Below, in pieces: positions 8,531 through 17,902 of a stretch of 32,000 nt of DNA. The stretch is taken from contig NZ_CP107255.1 of assembly GCF_029232205.1 (NCBI RefSeq), positions 360,001 through 392,000 on the forward strand. The letters are read 5' to 3'. Each line of letters begins with the position of its first letter. Within the stretch, counting starts at the first letter, position 1. A program made the position numbers and the translations under genes. The notes beneath the pieces were generated by a model, which saw only the letters and a list, made by a program, of their open reading frames with translations, was not told the DNA's origin and did no database searches. Source of the DNA: Candidatus Saccharimonadota bacterium (GTDB lineage Archaea > Nanohalarchaeota > Nanosalinia > Nanosalinales > Nanosalinaceae).

Positions 8531-9988
8531 ATGAAAAAGCTGTTGACAATTCTTTTTCTACTCGTATTTTTCAGTTTAACAGCCTCAGCTGACATATACC
8601 ACGAGGCCCACGTCGCACCTGACTACATGCAGCTTAATACTTCTATAGGCCTTGAATGCGAGAGCAACTGCCCGGTAAATCGGTGGACGCTTACCTGGCA
8701 GGTACCGGAAACCGCAGAGATCGTCTCTATAGAGGATTCTGTAGGAGAGATCGAAGATTACAGTATAAATGGCAGAAACCTGCAGATAACAACCAATACT
8801 GGGCCAAAAAGAATGAATGAGACAATAAGGATTGTAATGAATATTTCAAAGGATTCCGAGGAAATATATAACGGCCTTTACAAGAGAGAGATTTCTCTGC
8901 CTGGTTTTGAGGGAGATGAGAGCCGTGGAGTTCTGAAAGTTGATAACCTGATCTCTGGCTGGAAGAGCTACGGATTCGATACTTCTTACGCTAATAATAC
9001 TATGAAATTCAGGGGTGAAGGCCCGGCTTCTCTACGTGTCAAGTTCGGAGAAGGTGAGAAGACTCAATACTACGAGTTCTTCGGGGATTACACCGGGAAT
9101 ACTTCTCAGGCCTACGAAATTTCTATAGGTACTATCGGTGTTGAGCAGGAGTTTGACGGGTTTCCTGTGGCCTCGATGCCTGATGAGGTCTATGATACTA
9201 GGGCCAATTCGTGGAGTGCGGGAGAGTATATTGGTGGATCGATGATGATCCGTAGCGATCTTGGAGATAATTACGTGCCGATCTTGGCGCATGAGACTGT
9301 TCACGGCCTTAATGATAGAGAGTTGAACTGGGATAGAACTTCTTCGGCTTACTTCGATGAGGGAACTTCTGAGTATGTGGAGGCTCAGGTCAGGAAGAAG
9401 TTGAGCGCGGAGAACAGTGATGTTAGGCCTCCTGGAGAGATTTTTGGCGAGGATATCAGGTGGGATCCTGATCCAAGAGATAATACTTACAGCCTGGTAC
9501 CTTCTCGAGGTGATAGGGATGAGCTCTGGAATTACTACCGTAATGATCGTGAATTCATGAAGGAGTGGTCCAGCAGGATGGCTGAGCACAGAAGCTTTGG
9601 TTATGCTTACTCCGAGCTTGTTATCAGGAATTATGTGGCTGAGGGAGGCCGTTTGTCCGATGTTTACAGAGGCCTTAAGGTCAGCAATAAGGTGACGGAT
9701 CCCGACGTGAAGTGGGGTGTTTTCTCCAGTCAGATGGATATGACGCCATGTAAATACGAAAGCAGGGAGAGATTCGACAGCTGTCTTGATAGAATAAACG
9801 AGTACGATTATCCTGTGTATTCTGCGAAGCCTACGAGGCAGAAAGAGAATCTTACGGTTGAGAGACTGGAGATACCGGAGAACAGATTCAGGGGAGAGAC
9901 TGGAATGGTTGATTCTCTGAAGTACGATATTCAGGGCCTTGTGGACTACTTCAGAGAGCTTCTGAAAACTGTTTTCTCAAGTATTTAG
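8531..9988 (+). CDS. Secreted zinc metallopeptidase, MA-clan gluzincin (HExxH-x18-E)
   Basis: Start moved to ATG 8531, giving the signal peptide MKKLLTILFLLVFFSLTASA. HETVHGLNDRELNWDRTSSAYFDEGTSEY has exactly 18 residues between the second His and the Glu of DEG, as in M1/MA peptidases. GGSMM upstream resembles GAMEN. Confidence 0.7.
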   Translation: MKKLLTILFLLVFFSLTASADIYHEAHVAPDYMQLNTSIGLECESNCPVNRWTLTWQVPETAEIVSIEDSVGEIEDYSINGRNLQITTNTGPKRMNETIRIVMNISKDSEEIYNGLYKREISLPGFEGDESRGVLKVDNLISGWKSYGFDTSYANNTMKFRGEGPASLRVKFGEGEKTQYYEFFGDYTGNTSQAYEISIGTIGVEQEFDGFPVASMPDEVYDTRANSWSAGEYIGGSMMIRSDLGDNYVPILAHETVHGLNDRELNWDRTSSAYFDEGTSEYVEAQVRKKLSAENSDVRPPGEIFGEDIRWDPDPRDNTYSLVPSRGDRDELWNYYRNDREFMKEWSSRMAEHRSFGYAYSELVIRNYVAEGGRLSDVYRGLKVSNKVTDPDVKWGVFSSQMDMTPCKYESRERFDSCLDRINEYDYPVYSAKPTRQKENLTVERLEIPENRFRGETGMVDSLKYDIQGLVDYFRELLKTVFSSI

Positions 9989-10033
9989 AGGCCTTTCCTT
10001 GTTTTCATAAATATTCTTGAGTAAGTTCTGGTT

Positions 10034-10699
10034 ATGGCTTTGGAAGGAGTAGTTCAGTTGATTCTTTCGCTTATTCAGCAGCACGGTGTTATCGCTGTAA
10101 TGCTTGGAATGGTGATTGAGGAAGTTTTTGTGCCGGTTCCATCTCCTATAATTCCGATGGCAGCTGGATTTCTGCTCCTTGACGCAACCACGCTACCAGC
10201 AGCCGTTGTTCAGGCCTTTTTCCTGATTGCGTTACCTGCGTCGATTGCATCAGTTCTGAGCTCATACTTTGTCTATGGCATAGCCTACTATGGTGGAGAG
10301 CCGATTGTTAGGAAGTATGGAAAGTATCTGGATATTTCCTGGGAGGAGATACAGCACTTGGAAGATCACTTTGACTCGGGAAGAGAGAAATACTATGTTG
10401 CAATTTTCCGCGCAATCCCTATCGTACCTCTATCACTGATCTCCGGTTCTGCAGGCCTATTCAAGATGGACTGGAAACAGTATGGAATATGGTCATTCAT
10501 CGGCATGGTGCCCAGAAACTTTGTACTGGCATTGATCGGATGGTGGATAGGAAGCGAGGATTACCTCAGACAGATCGCAGGCCTGATCGACAACCTATCA
10601 ACACTTGTACTGGTTGTGGCTGTGCTCGCAGTAGGATCGGTAATTGCATACAGAAAGGCCCGTGACATTTACATGATGTTGATTTACAGAACTGCTTAA
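10034..10699 (+). CDS. DedA/VTT-family membrane protein
   Basis: EEVFVPVPSPIIPMAAGFL and FRAIPIVPLSLISGSAGLFKM match DedA core motifs. Multiple TM segments. Confidence 0.8.
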   Translation: MALEGVVQLILSLIQQHGVIAVMLGMVIEEVFVPVPSPIIPMAAGFLLLDATTLPAAVVQAFFLIALPASIASVLSSYFVYGIAYYGGEPIVRKYGKYLDISWEEIQHLEDHFDSGREKYYVAIFRAIPIVPLSLISGSAGLFKMDWKQYGIWSFIGMVPRNFVLALIGWWIGSEDYLRQIAGLIDNLSTLVLVVAVLAVGSVIAYRKARDIYMMLIYRTA

Positions 10700-11937
10700 C
10701 GAATACGGTATCTGAGAATTGCTGCAACGCCACCCATGTTCATAAGCCGCTGACCTTCCTCGTGATCCGTAGAAATAATTTCTACATCTGAACTCATTTC
10801 CTCGGCCTTCTCAGCCATGAAATCTACAATGTCCTGCATCTCTTCAAGCTTCATATCCTCGCCGCACTCAGGACATTCCTTAGTATCGCTGATGTTCGCC
10901 TCTTCTTCAAATATTGAGTCTTCGTGACCGTTAGGACATTCGTAGATGGTCTTGAAGGATTCATAGTCCTCCGAAATAAGAACTGTATCTACAGCACCCA
11001 TTCCCATGGCCTTGACTACTGGTTCAAGTCCGTACTCTGACTTGCCGTTCTCCTCTTTCAGGTTCTTGAGGAACTTGTTGACTATCTGCTTCTCTCTGAC
11101 GGCCTCTGAGTCCTCGATTGCGTCCTCTGCCTTCTGAACAAGTTCTTTCAGTGCTCCTTCTCCTGAGTGACCTAGGGATTTGTTTGCAATTACCTTATCC
11201 TGTAGCTCCTGGTGTAGGTAGTCGTCATTAACTAGCTTATCCTTTACAAAACCAGGGCCTCCGATGATTATTCCCAGTAGCTTGTCTTCGCGGGCTTTTC
11301 CCATGAATGCGTTCTTTGACTTCTCTGCTATCTCCTGTAAGAATGATTTAAGCATCTCTTTTCTCAAACGGGCGAATCTCTGCGCTGACTGTCCTCCGGC
11401 CCTTGTTTTTCCAGGTACGTTTGATGAAAGCGTGTATGCTGTCTTCACTGATGATCCCTGAAGATATCCGATAGCGGCCTCGTTCTTATCTGCGACAATC
11501 AGGCCGTAGACTCTGTCATCTACAATCATGTCTCTCAGCGGATCCAGTATAAACTCTTTGTCACAACGGTATCTCCGTGACTCAACTGGCTGTGGAGGGA
11601 TTACTTCCCAGAGCTGGATGTCAGGCCTTCCCTCTCTTTCAGAAACGTTTCCAGCGAAAAATGCTACCCCGTTCTCCGGTGTAACAGGCTCTTCTTTTAC
11701 TCGACGTGAGATCTTGTCGAGTGCGGCCTGCACATTCTTCCGCGTATGCTTCGACTTGATGTTCTCCGCTTCAGAAGACTCCGATGTAAGGAACTCGGAA
11801 ATCTTCGACATGTCGTATCCTGCTGGGATATACAGCGATACCAGTTCCGTGTTTCGGCCTCTGATATCTTCCAGCTTGTTGACAAGTTTCTTCAGCTGGT
11901 ACTTGTTCATTTCCTGATGGTTTTCTCCGTGGCTCAT
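10696..11937 (-). CDS. prf1: Peptide chain release factor aRF1
   Basis: NIKS motif (ENIKSKHTRKN), GGQ motif (KTRAGGQSAQRFARL), and a C-terminal Cys/His mini-domain (CPNGH...CPECG). Confidence 0.95.
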   Translation of the reverse strand: MSHGENHQEMNKYQLKKLVNKLEDIRGRNTELVSLYIPAGYDMSKISEFLTSESSEAENIKSKHTRKNVQAALDKISRRVKEEPVTPENGVAFFAGNVSEREGRPDIQLWEVIPPQPVESRRYRCDKEFILDPLRDMIVDDRVYGLIVADKNEAAIGYLQGSSVKTAYTLSSNVPGKTRAGGQSAQRFARLRKEMLKSFLQEIAEKSKNAFMGKAREDKLLGIIIGGPGFVKDKLVNDDYLHQELQDKVIANKSLGHSGEGALKELVQKAEDAIEDSEAVREKQIVNKFLKNLKEENGKSEYGLEPVVKAMGMGAVDTVLISEDYESFKTIYECPNGHEDSIFEEEANISDTKECPECGEDMKLEEMQDIVDFMAEKAEEMSSDVEIISTDHEEGQRLMNMGGVAAILRYRIR

Positions 11938-12015
11938 GCAGAAACTTGAGGCCTGAATTCTTTTAACTACTTCAGAAACTTCGAATAAAGAGAATAGAAG
12001 GAAATAAGAGAAAGG

Positions 12016-14607
12016 TTACTGGACAACTACCAGTGCTTTCTCGGTCTCCAGCATTTCCCCCTCTCCAGTGTACTTTCTTTCCTCTCTGACCTTGAACATT
12101 TCTGGCTTGAGGTGCTCTCCAGCTACTTCAAGTCTTCCTCCGTCAATCATGAATTCTTCGTTCTCTAGAGCCTCTTCAATCTCTGAGACCTTGTCGCCGT
12201 ACTTTGGCCCGGCCTTTGAGTAGTTGAGATCGATGTCGATGATCTTTTTCTCTGTCTCTGGTTCTCCTTCCTCTGAGGCCAGGTTCTGGATGTGCATGGT
12301 TTCCTTGATTGCTTCTTCCATGCCTGCGATGTTTCCGTAGACTGTTACCGAGTTAAGCTCCTCGTTGAGAGCCATCTGGTTACTGGACTTGTACTTTCTG
12401 AGTGCGGAGATTACTTCCATCGCCGTCTCGCCGGCCTCGAGATCTGCTTCAACTTCTGATTCCTCAGGCCATTTGGCTCGGTGAATGGTGTTGTTCTCGT
12501 GCATCTGGTTCCAGATCTCCTCTGTAATGTGAGGGATGAATGGCGCGAACATCTTGACGATCGCTCTGTGAACCTCCTGAAGTGCGTATTCTGCTGAGCT
12601 GTTGTTTTCTCCGTCAAGCCTCTGTTTGGCGATCTCCAGGTAGTCGTCGCAGAATGTGTGCCAGAAGAAGTACCTGAGTTTGTCACGGGCCTTTGAGAAC
12701 TCGTAGGCATCCATGTGCTCTGTAACTTCTTCCAGAGTGTCGTCCAGTTCTGCGAAAATCCATTTATCGACTTCCTCAAGTTTCTCCTCGTTGAAATCTG
12801 ATCTTTCGTGAGGTGTCAGGTTGTCAACTAGCTTTGATGCATTCCACAGCTTTCTCAGAAGTTTCTCTCCCGAGATCAGGTCTTTCTCCTTCAGCGGTAG
12901 ATCGTCGCCTGGCTTGACTGCTCCAGCCCAGTAACGGGCCGCGTCAACAGGATAGTCTTCGAGGATCTCCTGAGGTGTTGTAACGTTGCCTCGGGACTTG
13001 CTCATTTTCTCCCTGTTCTCGTCGAGGACGTGGCCGTGATTCATTGTGCCTTCGAAAGGAGTCTCTCCTGTGTGCTCGTAGCACTTGACAACCGTGTGGA
13101 AAAGCCAGAAACTGATGATATCGTGGCCTTCAGGTCTTAGATTGAACTGGTAGAGTTCCGGCCTCTTCATCTCGTATTCTTCTGATTCCGGGTCCCAGTG
13201 CCATCCAGCGTTGATCAGCGGTGTAAGTGAGGAAGTAGCCCAAGTGTCGAAGACATCTTTCTCAGGCCTGAACTCGTCGTGTCCACATTCCGGACATTCT
13301 GAGATAGGAGCCTCGTCTTCTATAGGGTCGACAGGAAGGTTTTCCTTGTCTGCGATTACTTCTTCTCCACAGTCATCACAGTACCAGACTGGGAATGGAA
13401 TTCCGGAGTCTCTCTGTCGGCTGATACACCAGTCCCACTGAAGGCCTTCAATCCAGTTCTTGTATCGTGTAAACATTTTCTCCGGGAACCAGTCCATTTC
13501 TTCGCCGGCTTCAAGGTACTTGTCCTTGTGATCGAGCAGTTCAACGTACCATTGCTCTGTAACCATGAATTCGATGTCTTCATCGCATCTTTCGTGGACC
13601 TGGACTGTGTGCGTGATCTCTCTTCTGTCAACCAGAAGGCCTTCGCTGTCGAGATCCTCTACAATCTTTTCTCTGGCCTCTTTTGTGTCCATGCCGTGGT
13701 AGTCTTCGGCTAGGTCTGTCATTGTTCCATCTCTGTCGATTGCAACTCTGAGATCGAGGTTGTGGGCCTGGTACCAGTCGATGTCGTTCTGGTCTCCGAA
13801 TGTACAGCACATAACGACTCCTGTACCGGTTTCCATGTCGACTCTCTCGTCTTCAATTATTGGGACTTCGTAGTCGAAAAGCGGAACCTCTACTTTTTCT
13901 CCAGCTAGGTGATTGTTGCTCTCATCGTCAGGGTGGACGAACAGCGCTACACATGCTGGAAGAAGTTCAGGCCTTGTAGTTGAGATAATGACTGAGCCAT
14001 TTCCTGTGGCCAGAGGGAATTCGATATCATTGAAGTGTGAGTGTCTTTCTGCGTCCTCTGTCTCAACCTGTGAAATAGCTGTCTCGCATTCCGGACACCA
14101 GATTGCAGGCCCTTTCTTTCGATATTCTCTGTCCTGCTCGTATAGATCAATGAAGGACAGCTGGCTGACTTTCTGTACTTCCGGGTCGATAGTCTTGTAG
14201 GTATTGTTCCAGTCCATGGAGAATGCGAACTCCTTCATGATGTCCTCGAACTCCTGTTCGTATTCTGTACAGACTTCGCGGACCTTCTTCTGGAACTCTC
14301 TTCTCTCAAAGTTCTGGTGCTTGATTCCCAGCTCTTTTTCTGTCAGCCTCTCCGATGCAATTCCGTTGTTGTCGTATCCGAACGGGAAGAAAACGTCTTT
14401 TCCTCTCATTCTCTGGAATCGGGCCTGGAAATCTGTTAGCGTGTTTCCATATGTGTGGCCAAAGTGCAGGTTGCCTGAAACTGTTGGAGGCGGTGTATCA
14501 ATGGAGAATACTTCTCCTTCTCCACCCTTGTACCTGTAGGTATCTTTTTCTTCCCATTTTTGCTGCCATTTCTGTTCAATTTTTTCCGGATTGTAGTTTC
14601 CTTCCAT
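12016..14607 (-). CDS. valS: Valyl-tRNA synthetase
   Basis: IDTPPPTVSGNLHFGH (HIGH region, ValRS-type), KMSKS (REKMSKSRGN), CP1 editing region and CxxC zinc knuckles. 863 aa is typical of archaeal ValRS. Confidence 0.95.
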   Translation of the reverse strand: MEGNYNPEKIEQKWQQKWEEKDTYRYKGGEGEVFSIDTPPPTVSGNLHFGHTYGNTLTDFQARFQRMRGKDVFFPFGYDNNGIASERLTEKELGIKHQNFERREFQKKVREVCTEYEQEFEDIMKEFAFSMDWNNTYKTIDPEVQKVSQLSFIDLYEQDREYRKKGPAIWCPECETAISQVETEDAERHSHFNDIEFPLATGNGSVIISTTRPELLPACVALFVHPDDESNNHLAGEKVEVPLFDYEVPIIEDERVDMETGTGVVMCCTFGDQNDIDWYQAHNLDLRVAIDRDGTMTDLAEDYHGMDTKEAREKIVEDLDSEGLLVDRREITHTVQVHERCDEDIEFMVTEQWYVELLDHKDKYLEAGEEMDWFPEKMFTRYKNWIEGLQWDWCISRQRDSGIPFPVWYCDDCGEEVIADKENLPVDPIEDEAPISECPECGHDEFRPEKDVFDTWATSSLTPLINAGWHWDPESEEYEMKRPELYQFNLRPEGHDIISFWLFHTVVKCYEHTGETPFEGTMNHGHVLDENREKMSKSRGNVTTPQEILEDYPVDAARYWAGAVKPGDDLPLKEKDLISGEKLLRKLWNASKLVDNLTPHERSDFNEEKLEEVDKWIFAELDDTLEEVTEHMDAYEFSKARDKLRYFFWHTFCDDYLEIAKQRLDGENNSSAEYALQEVHRAIVKMFAPFIPHITEEIWNQMHENNTIHRAKWPEESEVEADLEAGETAMEVISALRKYKSSNQMALNEELNSVTVYGNIAGMEEAIKETMHIQNLASEEGEPETEKKIIDIDLNYSKAGPKYGDKVSEIEEALENEEFMIDGGRLEVAGEHLKPEMFKVREERKYTGEGEMLETEKALVVVQ

Positions 14608-14892
14608 TGTTTTAGAGGCCTCGATTAGATAAGCTGAAATGATTCTTAAATGATTTTAAACTTTCAAAGCGTGAAACCAGTGAATTTAGGTAGAACTTCA
14701 TAGCATCAATTTTAGAGAAAAATCCGCAGAATATATTTGAAAACTTGATAGATGGAGAATTCAGATTATTCGATAGCAGCCGCTGGGCATACAAAACGTT
14801 CACCCTTCCGCAAAAAGCCAGCAGCTCTCATACAGAACAACTGGGCCTCTAACTGTTTTAAAATTTATACCTGTAAGGATCAGAGACATAGT

Positions 14893-15699
14893 ATGGAAAT
14901 TCTAGTTGTAGGAGACTGTCACGGAGAAATCCCGGAAATCCCTGATGATAGAGATTTTGACCTTGTTCTGGCCGTAGGAGATATCTGCGGTGGAACCGAT
15001 GAAATGAGGTCGGCCATGTTCAAGGCAAGAGATGAAGAGAGGGAATGGCAGGAAATTTTTGGTCTGGAAGAGGCCGAGAAGGAAGTTGAGAACTCTATTG
15101 AGGAAGGTAAAGAAATACTTGAAAAATTGAATTCTCTCGGAGTGCCGGTTCTGATAGTTCCGGGTAACTGGGACTGGACTGGTGAAAACTCGGACTGGAG
15201 TTTTCTGGAAGGCAATGGATATCCGCAAATGCTTGAAGAATTCGAAAATGTTCACAATCTCAACTTTGATGCTGAAGAAATCAATGGCTGGAAGTTTGTA
15301 GGTTACGGGCCTTGTTCTGGTCCAGAACTACCTCAGTATGAGGATGATGAACCGGAAACTGAAGAGGAGCGAGAAGAAATGCAGGAAGACTATGATGATA
15401 AGAAGGAAAAACTGCAGGGCCTAATGGAGGGCTCAGAGAAAACTGTCCTACTATCTCATAACGCACCGCATAATACTTCTCTGGATAAAATAGACAATGA
15501 GGACAGCCCTGTTCACGGCCGCCATTACGGTTCGGTCATAGTCAGAGAACTGATTGAAGAATTCTCGCCGGAGTTCTCTGTAGCAGGCCATATGCACGAG
15601 GCAGAAGGAGAGGAAAAAGTAGAAGAGACAGATTGCCTGAATACAGGTATCAACACTGTATGGCTGCTTGATACCGAGAAAGGCTTCCAGAAGCTCTAG
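14893..15699 (+). CDS. Calcineurin-like metallophosphoesterase
   Basis: Start moved to ATG 14893 (MEILVVGDCHG). Motifs GDCHG, GDICGG, PGNWD, SHNAP and AGHMHE are present. TTTTAAAATTTATA lies about 28 nt upstream. The 47-aa ORF-track extension is basic and unlike the local proteome. Confidence 0.8.
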   Translation: MEILVVGDCHGEIPEIPDDRDFDLVLAVGDICGGTDEMRSAMFKARDEEREWQEIFGLEEAEKEVENSIEEGKEILEKLNSLGVPVLIVPGNWDWTGENSDWSFLEGNGYPQMLEEFENVHNLNFDAEEINGWKFVGYGPCSGPELPQYEDDEPETEEEREEMQEDYDDKKEKLQGLMEGSEKTVLLSHNAPHNTSLDKIDNEDSPVHGRHYGSVIVRELIEEFSPEFSVAGHMHEAEGEEKVEETDCLNTGINTVWLLDTEKGFQKL

Positions 15700-16478
15700 G
15701 AGAAACGTTCTAGAGAGGCCTCTCCTGGAAACTCCATGCCGTCATAGGCGAAAACTACTTTTCCATCAATATTTTCCTCTATGTATTCTTTCTGCTCATC
15801 AAGATCTGAGTCAAGCAGCGCATATCCGAAGTGCGTGATAATACAGGTTGAGGCCTCTACATTTTCCATTATGTCTGGGACTTCATCGATAGCTGTATGG
15901 CCTTTTACAGAGTTTCCTTTAGGCCTTGTACAGTAGATAACCATTACATCACAGTCTTCATACAGACCTAGAAGTTCCTCTGAGTACTGTGTATCGGTCC
16001 AGAAACCTATCTTTTTCTCATCTATCTCAAGTGTAAATCCCTGTGTTCTTGGGTCTCCGTGGAACATTTCCTGTGATTCAATCTTGAGATCCTTGAACTC
16101 ATGCTCTGAGCCTTCCTCCATTTTCTCTACTCTTGAGCAAAGGCCTTCGTGATAATTCGAGATGGATTTCTCGATATCGCCGTATCCATTCAATGCGGTT
16201 TCGTTTGCGAAGACAGATGCCTGATTGTCGTAGGCCTCAGTTATCATCTCGATGATAGGTTCTGCATCGCTGCTGTGGTCTGGATGTGCGTGTGATACTA
16301 TCAGGCCTTCCACTTCGTCAGGGTTTTCCAGTTCCTTGTTGGCGTATACCAGTGCGCCAGGCCCTGGATCTACGTGTAGCCTGGTCTCTTCTGTTTCAAC
16401 GATTATTCCTGCGGTCCTTCTTCTCTGCTGTCCTGTAACGTATCTTCCGCCACCGGTTCCAAGGAATTTGAGTTTCAT
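15696..16478 (-). CDS. MBL-fold metallo-hydrolase
   Basis: MKLKFLGTGGG N-terminus (ATG 16478 preferred over the TTG at 16505), HxHxDH motif (VSHAHPDHSSD), downstream His/Asp ligands. Confidence 0.8.
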   Translation of the reverse strand: MKLKFLGTGGGRYVTGQQRRRTAGIIVETEETRLHVDPGPGALVYANKELENPDEVEGLIVSHAHPDHSSDAEPIIEMITEAYDNQASVFANETALNGYGDIEKSISNYHEGLCSRVEKMEEGSEHEFKDLKIESQEMFHGDPRTQGFTLEIDEKKIGFWTDTQYSEELLGLYEDCDVMVIYCTRPKGNSVKGHTAIDEVPDIMENVEASTCIITHFGYALLDSDLDEQKEYIEENIDGKVVFAYDGMEFPGEASLERFS

Positions 16479-16545
16479 GAATAGTTTCTCGGCCTGAAAT
16501 TTCAAAAACTAAACTTCTAAAACAGGCCTTTCCAAATTCTGTTGC

Positions 16546-17694
16546 ATGGCCCGTGAATGGTTTCAGAACTCGGTGGTTTACCAGATATTTATCGATAGGT
16601 TTGCAGGTTTTGAGGACGGCAGCAACTGGCACAATCCCGAGTATGTAGGTGGCGATATCAGAGGAATAATTGAAAGACTTGACTACATCGAGGAACTGGG
16701 AGTAGATGTAATCTGGATCTCGCCTTTCTACCAGAACGAGGCCTACCACGGCTATCATGTAACTGATTTCTTCAGCGTGGATGAAAACTTTGGAACTGAG
16801 GAGGATCTCAAGGAACTTATTGAGGAAGTACATGACAGAGATATGAAGATTGTTGCGGATTTTGTACCAAATCACTGTTCTGTGAACCATCCTTACTTCG
16901 TGGAGGCCCGTAACAATCCGGGTTCCGAGTTTGTCAACTGGTTCTGTTTTGATGACTGGCCTGACCACTACAAATCTTTCCTGGATTTTGACTCTGTTCT
17001 TGCAAAAATCGATCTGGATTACGAGCCAGCAAGAAACCATGTGATTGCAGCGGCAAAGAAATGGCTGGAACTAGGCCTTGATGGCTACAGGCTTGACCAT
17101 GTTATAGGGCCTTCTGATGAGTTCTGGCAGGTTTTCGAGAAAGAGATTCACGACGAGTTTGAAGATGCAGTTTTGATAGGTGAGGCTGCATGGGATGATT
17201 CCGTAACCGAAAATTCCGAGACAGTAAATATGGAGAGAGGAATTCTTGGCAAGGTTGCATCACAGGAATACACTCAGAAAAACTATGAAGGCCTTCTTGA
17301 TGGAGTACTTGACTTCAAGTTCAGAGATCTGCTTCTAGGTACTCTGAACTCTTCGATAATGCCTGATATCGCGATAAGGCCTCTATTGAAAGCTCACTAC
17401 GCATTTTTCTCCAGTGATTTCATGCTGACAGGTTTCATGGATAACCACGATGTTAACAGAGCTCTCTACGAATTAGGCCAGGATAAGGAGAAGCTGAAGA
17501 AAGGCCTTGAAATCATGCTTTCCATAGATCAGCCCTGCGTTATTTACTATGGTACTGAGATCGGTATGACTCAGCATCATTCTATAACTGAGTTTCCTTC
17601 TTACGGCGATTTACAGGCCCGTCAGCCTATGCAGTGGAATGATATGGATGGCGAGCTTCTCGAATACTTCCGTGAGAAGATCAATAATCGGTGA
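16546..17694 (+). CDS. GH13 alpha-amylase-family glycoside hydrolase (cytoplasmic, short form)
   Basis: All four GH13 regions are present: DFVPNH, GYRLDHV (nucleophile Asp), LIGEA (acid/base Glu), FMDNHD. No signal peptide. At 382 aa it seems to lack a separate C-terminal domain. Confidence 0.9.
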   Translation: MAREWFQNSVVYQIFIDRFAGFEDGSNWHNPEYVGGDIRGIIERLDYIEELGVDVIWISPFYQNEAYHGYHVTDFFSVDENFGTEEDLKELIEEVHDRDMKIVADFVPNHCSVNHPYFVEARNNPGSEFVNWFCFDDWPDHYKSFLDFDSVLAKIDLDYEPARNHVIAAAKKWLELGLDGYRLDHVIGPSDEFWQVFEKEIHDEFEDAVLIGEAAWDDSVTENSETVNMERGILGKVASQEYTQKNYEGLLDGVLDFKFRDLLLGTLNSSIMPDIAIRPLLKAHYAFFSSDFMLTGFMDNHDVNRALYELGQDKEKLKKGLEIMLSIDQPCVIYYGTEIGMTQHHSITEFPSYGDLQARQPMQWNDMDGELLEYFREKINNR

Positions 17695-17770
17695 CTTTTC
17701 ACCAACTTTGGCCCTGAAATAGGGTGAAATACCGAAAGGTTTTTATGTTGTTACTACCAAATAATAACAT

Positions 17771-17890
17771 ATGATTGCAATGACTGAAACCGAATATGAT
17801 TCGATCGCGAACGAAGCCCTTGATGATCTAAGGGATGAAGTAGGTGGGTCCAAAATCGAGCATAAAAAAATGAGTATTCAGACCAATTAA
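17771..17890 (+). CDS. Small hypothetical protein (39 aa; below the ORF-track cutoff)
   Basis: ATG 17771 to TAA 17888-17890 gives MIAMTETEYDSIANEALDDLRDEVGGSKIEHKKMSIQTN. TTTTTAT is centred 28 nt upstream. It ends 12 nt before the next gene, whose SD follows immediately. Confidence 0.3.
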   Translation: MIAMTETEYDSIANEALDDLRDEVGGSKIEHKKMSIQTN

Positions 17891-17896
17891 GGTGAT
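17891..17896 (+). promoter_or_regulatory. Shine-Dalgarno GGTGAT, 6 nt upstream of ATG 17903
   Basis: Anti-16S complementarity and spacing. Confidence 0.55.
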
Positions 17897-17902
17897 CAAA
17901 TA

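Noticed and set aside
9032-9589. 185-aa minus-strand ORF inside the metallopeptidase gene
   Set aside because: It is antisense to the region encoding the HExxH-x18-E core. The product is Arg/Ile/Ser/Pro-rich, typical of an antisense translation of acidic coding sequence.
10900-10990. Cys/His cluster (CPNGH...CPECG) in the aRF1 C-terminal domain, considered as an unusual insertion
   Set aside because: As far as I recall, a small zinc-binding mini-domain at this position is common in archaeal aRF1 and corresponds to the eRF1 mini-domain. It is not distinctive without an alignment.
12411-14615. Numerous 60-120 aa ORFs, both same-strand out-of-frame and antisense, inside valS
   Set aside because: They are all nested in a ValRS gene with complete HIGH/KMSKS architecture. 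Their products are basic or low-complexity, and they have no independent start signals.
14778-14826. Hairpin followed by ACA-containing sequence, considered as an H/ACA-like sRNA
   Set aside because: The 31-nt loop shows no upper stem, pseudouridylation pocket or K-turn/K-loop that I can see. A single 8/9-bp stem is weak evidence. It is kept only as a note within the spacer finding.
14752-14892. 47-codon N-terminal extension of the phosphoesterase ORF
   Set aside because: The family motif begins right after the internal Met (MEILVVGDCHG). A TATA-like element lies ~28 nt upstream of ATG 14893. The extension is basic and would consume the promoter region.
16396-17040. 214-aa minus-strand ORF spanning the MBL 5' end, the spacer and the GH13 gene
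   Set aside because: It lies antisense to a GH13 gene with all four catalytic regions intact and overlaps the MBL gene in another frame. Its product is basic and Cys/Arg-rich, unlike the acidic local proteome. It is a shadow ORF.
17686-17735. Two small hairpins at the GH13 stop (GGTGA-CTTT-TCACC overlapping the TGA, then CCCT-GAAAT-AGGG), considered as a terminator
   Set aside because: The stems are only 4-5 bp. Archaeal termination mainly uses oligo-T tracts, so chance occurrence is likely.
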